NCBI GenBank assembly: GCA_017997335.1
Contig: JAGOFG010000001.1
Span: 1 to 50,541 of the forward strand
DNA: 50,541 bases
Reading direction: 5' to 3'
Source of the DNA: Flavobacterium sp.
GTDB lineage: Bacteria > Bacteroidota > Bacteroidia > Flavobacteriales > Flavobacteriaceae
Shown: positions 46,518 through 50,541 of the stretch, in pieces
Layout: every line of letters begins with the position of its first letter
Numbering within the stretch: position 1 is the first letter of the stretch
Notes under the pieces: model-generated
Told to the model about the DNA's origin: nothing
Database searches by the model: none
The model's input: the letters and a program-made list of their open reading frames with translations, nothing else
Made by a program: the position numbers and the translations under genes

Positions 46518-49067
46518 ATGGATGACAATTTTTCCCCTAGAGTAAAAGATGTTATTACTTTCAGTAAAGAAGAAGCCTTACGTCTAGGCCATGACTTTAT
46601 TGGAACAGAACATCTGATGTTAGGCATTTTGAGAGATGGAAATGGAAAGGCTATCCATATTTTAAACAATTTGGATGTAGACTTAGAACATTTACGAAGA
46701 AAGGTTGAGATTCTTAGCCCAGCTAGCCCGACCAGTCTTGAAGTTAACCTAGAAAAAAAGAACCTACATCTAACTCGACAAGCCGAAAGAGCTTTAAAAA
46801 CAACCTTTCTTGAAGCTAAAGTGTTTCAAAGTACTTCAATAAGTACAGCACATTTGCTATTATGCATTTTGAGAAACGAAAACGACCCTACAACCAAGCT
46901 ATTGAATAAACTAAAAATAGATTATGACGTAGCTAAAGAACAATACTTGAATATGACTCCAAATGACCAAGAATATATGGACAACTTACCAAAAAACGAA
47001 TCATATAATGATGATTCAGGACAAGATGACAGTCTTAAAGAAGGAACCTTCAACAATCCTGTAAATAAATCCAACAAAAAATCTAAAACACCAGTTTTAG
47101 ATAATTTTGGTAGAGATTTAACAGAAATGGCCGAAGAAGGAAAATTAGACCCAGTCGTAGGTCGCGAAAAAGAGATTGAGCGTGTGTCTCAAATTCTAAG
47201 CCGACGCAAAAAAAACAACCCGCTTTTAATTGGTGAACCTGGAGTTGGAAAATCTGCCATTGCTGAAGGACTAGCTTTAAGAATCATTCAAAAGAAAGTT
47301 TCTAGAATCTTATTCAATAAGCGAGTAGTAACTCTTGATTTAGCCAGTCTTGTTGCAGGCACAAAATATAGAGGACAGTTCGAAGAACGCATGAAAGCCG
47401 TTATGAATGAGTTAGAAAAAAATGATGATATTATCTTGTTCATCGACGAAATTCACACTATTGTTGGTGCTGGTGGAGCAACAGGTTCATTGGACGCCTC
47501 GAATATGTTCAAACCTGCCTTGGCAAGAGGTGAAATTCAATGTATAGGTGCAACCACATTAGATGAATATCGCCAATACATAGAAAAAGATGGCGCTTTA
47601 GAAAGACGTTTTCAAAAAGTAATCGTAGAGCCAACTTCGGTTGAAGAAACTATTACTATTTTGAATAACATCAAAGACAAATACGAATCCCATCACAATG
47701 TAACTTATTCTCCTGAAGCCATTGAAGCTTGTGTAAAACTAACTGACAGATATATGTCGGAACGCTTTTTACCAGACAAAGCTATTGATGCTTTAGACGA
47801 AGCAGGCTCAAGAGTTCATATCACTAATATAGACGTTCCAAAGCAAATTTTAGATTTGGAGCGTCAATTAGAAGACGTGCGCGAATTGAAAAATTTAGTT
47901 GTCAAAAAACAAAAATATGAAGAAGCGGCTAAATTACGTGATGATGAAAAACGAATAGAAAAAGATTTAGCTATTGCTCAAGAGCAATGGGAAGAAGATT
48001 CTAAAAACAATCGAATCAACGTTACGGAAGACAATGTTGCTGATGTAGTTTCTATGATGACTGGTATTCCTGTTAATCGAATTGCTCAAACAGAAAGCAA
48101 TAAATTAGCTAAATTACCAGAGCTTATTCAAAATAAAGTAATTGGACAAAATGAAGCGGTTTTAAAAATAGCCCGTTCTATTCAAAGAAACAGAGCAGGT
48201 TTAAAAGACCCAAACAAACCCATTGGTTCCTTTATTTTCTTAGGTCAAACTGGTGTCGGAAAAACACAATTAGCTAAAGTACTTGCAAAAGAATTGTTTG
48301 ATTCTGAAGAAGCCTTAATCAGAATCGATATGAGTGAATATATGGAAAAATTCGCTATTTCAAGATTAGTTGGAGCGCCTCCGGGGTATGTTGGCTACGA
48401 AGAAGGCGGACAATTGACTGAAAAAGTTCGAAGAAAACCCTATTGTGTAGTGCTTTTGGATGAAATTGAAAAAGCACATCCAGACGTGTTTAATATGATG
48501 TTGCAAGTATTAGACGATGGATTCTTGACAGACAGTTTAGGTCGCAAAATCGATTTTAAAAATACGATTATCATTATGACTTCAAATGTTGGCGCTAGAC
48601 AGCTAAAAGATTTTGGTCAAGGTGTTGGATTTGGTACCGCAGCAAAAATTGCGCAAGCCGAGGATAATTCAAAAAGTATTATCGAAAATGCATTGAAAAA
48701 AACCTTTGCACCTGAGTTTTTAAACCGAATCGACGATGTTATTGTTTTCAATTCATTAGAAAAAGAAGACATCAACTTGATTATCGAAATTGAATTAAAA
48801 AAACTATATGCTCGAATCAAAGATTTAGGATACATCTTGAATCTTTCTGATAAAGCAAAAGCATTTATTGCAGACAAAGGTTTTGACAAACAATTTGGCG
48901 CCAGACCATTAAAAAGAGCTATCCAAAAATATGTAGAAGATGCTCTAGCCGAAGAAATTATCACTTCAAAAATTAATGCTGGCGACGAAATCTTTATGGA
49001 CATTGAAGAAGGTGCTACCGAGTTAACAGTGAATGTAAATAAAGCAGAAGAACCTACAAATCAATAG
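46518..49067 (+). CDS. clpC: ATP-dependent Clp protease ATP-binding subunit ClpC
   Basis: Clp-N repeats, GEPGVGKS and GQTGVGKT Walker A motifs, short UVR-type M-domain (YEEAAKLRD), VGF ClpP-docking loop. Confidence 0.93.
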   Translation: MDDNFSPRVKDVITFSKEEALRLGHDFIGTEHLMLGILRDGNGKAIHILNNLDVDLEHLRRKVEILSPASPTSLEVNLEKKNLHLTRQAERALKTTFLEAKVFQSTSISTAHLLLCILRNENDPTTKLLNKLKIDYDVAKEQYLNMTPNDQEYMDNLPKNESYNDDSGQDDSLKEGTFNNPVNKSNKKSKTPVLDNFGRDLTEMAEEGKLDPVVGREKEIERVSQILSRRKKNNPLLIGEPGVGKSAIAEGLALRIIQKKVSRILFNKRVVTLDLASLVAGTKYRGQFEERMKAVMNELEKNDDIILFIDEIHTIVGAGGATGSLDASNMFKPALARGEIQCIGATTLDEYRQYIEKDGALERRFQKVIVEPTSVEETITILNNIKDKYESHHNVTYSPEAIEACVKLTDRYMSERFLPDKAIDALDEAGSRVHITNIDVPKQILDLERQLEDVRELKNLVVKKQKYEEAAKLRDDEKRIEKDLAIAQEQWEEDSKNNRINVTEDNVADVVSMMTGIPVNRIAQTESNKLAKLPELIQNKVIGQNEAVLKIARSIQRNRAGLKDPNKPIGSFIFLGQTGVGKTQLAKVLAKELFDSEEALIRIDMSEYMEKFAISRLVGAPPGYVGYEEGGQLTEKVRRKPYCVVLLDEIEKAHPDVFNMMLQVLDDGFLTDSLGRKIDFKNTIIIMTSNVGARQLKDFGQGVGFGTAAKIAQAEDNSKSIIENALKKTFAPEFLNRIDDVIVFNSLEKEDINLIIEIELKKLYARIKDLGYILNLSDKAKAFIADKGFDKQFGARPLKRAIQKYVEDALAEEIITSKINAGDEIFMDIEEGATELTVNVNKAEEPTNQ

Positions 49068-49086
49068 ATTAAAACAAATTATTATT

Positions 49087-49130
49087 TTAGCCCGTTATGT
49101 TTTTTTTACTTCATAACGGGCTAATTCTTT
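49087..49130 (+). terminator. Hairpin/terminator after clpC
   Basis: Perfect 13-bp stem TTAGCCCGTTATG/CATAACGGGCTAA followed by TTCTTT. Confidence 0.75.
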
Positions 49131-49163
49131 ATATTAATTTAACTTTTTTAAAAAACAAAAAGT

Positions 49164-49171
49164 TACTTTTG
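49164..49171 (+). promoter_or_regulatory. -7 promoter box for rimK
   Basis: TACTTTTG, 24 nt upstream of the ATG. Confidence 0.6.
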
Positions 49172-49195
49172 ATGTTTTATTAAACAACTTGCTGT

Positions 49196-50541
49196 ATGCT
49201 ACAAAACAAAGTCATCTTAGGAAGCGAAGAATGGTGCTCTTTCCCTGACCTAAATATTCCTACTATCAAAGCTAGAGTCGATTCTGGAGCCAAAACTTCT
49301 GCTTTGCACGCTATAAATATTGCTCCATTTATCAAAAATGATAGCAATTGGGTAAAATTTGATATTAATCCGATCCAAAATAACAACAAAACTGTTATTC
49401 ATTGTGAGGCGCCATTAGTAGATAAACGAATCGTAAAAAGTTCCAGTGGATATAGAGAACAACGCTATGTTATTCAGACTTTACTTAAGATTGGGGATGA
49501 CACTTGGAACATAGAAATGACATTGACCAACAGAGATTCAATGGGATTTCGAATGCTTTTAGGTCGTGAAGCAATGAGCGGACGTGTTTTGGTAGACCCT
49601 GAGCAAAAATACTTATTAGGACAGCCTACGGTAGACAATCTAAAAGAACTATACAAGAATGCAGAAAAAGCAAGTTCTGGTTTACGTATTGGCGTTTTGG
49701 CCAGCAATCCTGAATTGTACAGCAACAAACGAATTATGGAAGCTGGTGAAATGCGAGGACATGAAATGCATTTTTTGAACATCAAAGAATGTTATATGAA
49801 ATTGGATGCTAAAACACCTGAAATTCATTATAGAGGCGGAAAAATCCTCAACCAATTTGATGCAATTATTCCGAGAATCCGACCAAGTATCACTTTTTAT
49901 GGTTGTGCTTTGACCCGTCAATTTGAGGCCTTAAAAGTATTTTGCCTGAATTCATCAACAGCGATAACACAATCTAGAGACAAACTCTTTTCTTTACAAT
50001 TATTACTTAACAATGGCGTTGACATTCCAACCACCGGATTTGCAAATTCTCCATTAGATACCAACGATTTGATAAAAATGGTTGGAGGTCCTCCTTTAAT
50101 TGTAAAACTTCTCGAAGGTACACAAGGCAAAGGAGTCGTTTTGGCAGAAACTAAAAAAGCGGCAGAGAGTGTGATTAATGCATTCAAAAGTTTAAATGCT
50201 AATATTTTAGTTCAGGAATTCATTAAAGAGGCAAATGGAAAAGATATTCGTTGTTTTGTAATTGATGGGAAAGTCGTTGCTGCCATTCAACGTGAAGCTA
50301 TGCCTGGCGAATTCAGAGCTAATATTCATCTTGGGGGTACTGCATCAATAATCAAGGTGACTAGCGAAGAAAAAAAAATTGCTATTAAAGCAGCTAAAGC
50401 TATGGATTTAAAAGTAGCTGGTGTAGACATCATTCGCTCTTCCAAAGGACCTTTATTGCTCGAAGTAAATTCGTCTCCCGGATTGGAAGGAATTGAAGGA
50501 GCAACCAACAAAGATATTGCTGGCGAAATGATTAAAGCCAT
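49196..50541 (+). CDS. rimK: RimB-like retropepsin domain fused to RimK glutamate ligase (3' end just beyond the window)
   Basis: Not in the ORF track; read by hand: [13 protein letters not shown]...[15 protein letters not shown]...[11 protein letters not shown], continuing in frame to [48 protein letters not shown] and EVNSSPG. Confidence 0.93.
   Translation, partial: MLQNKVILGSEEWCSFPDLNIPTIKARVDSGAKTSALHAINIAPFIKNDSNWVKFDINPIQNNNKTVIHCEAPLVDKRIVKSSSGYREQRYVIQTLLKIGDDTWNIEMTLTNRDSMGFRMLLGREAMSGRVLVDPEQKYLLGQPTVDNLKELYKNAEKASSGLRIGVLASNPELYSNKRIMEAGEMRGHEMHFLNIKECYMKLDAKTPEIHYRGGKILNQFDAIIPRIRPSITFYGCALTRQFEALKVFCLNSSTAITQSRDKLFSLQLLLNNGVDIPTTGFANSPLDTNDLIKMVGGPPLIVKLLEGTQGKGVVLAETKKAAESVINAFKSLNANILVQEFIKEANGKDIRCFVIDGKVVAAIQREAMPGEFRANIHLGGTASIIKVTSEEKKIAIKAAKAMDLKVAGVDIIRSSKGPLLLEVNSSPGLEGIEGATNKDIAGEMIKA

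Overview
A 50.5 kb, AT-rich, gene-dense stretch of core chromosome from a Flavobacteriia (very likely Flavobacterium) genome. The assignment rests on TAnnTTTG -7 promoter boxes, the absence of Shine-Dalgarno motifs, and exported proteins that start with Gln after the signal peptide. The window holds 38 protein genes (two truncated by the window edges), the small SRP RNA and a three-tRNA operon (Ser-GCU, Pro-UGG, Arg-UCU). Protein genes include hutI, hutG, a DEAD-box helicase, aroC, bshA, mlaD, lptD, ridA, mgsA, gapA, pfkA, tamB, tsaD, rsmE, a thiolase, gyrA, clpC and a RimB-RimK fusion. I see no mobile element, prophage, CRISPR array or defence island, and no intergenic gap is longer than about 360 bp. 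The best candidate for an uncharacterised system is a split, membrane-anchored heterodisulfide-reductase-like Fe-S module plus a small single-Cys protein upstream of the bacillithiol gene bshA; its function is only a hypothesis. Other signals read directly from the sequence: an Ile at the GyrA quinolone-resistance position (E. coli Ser83 equivalent), a probable ATT start codon for tamB, a tandem TPR paralog lacking exactly two 34-aa repeats, and a long intergenic hairpin whose substitutions are all G-U compatible. All product calls come from motif recognition; no database search was run.
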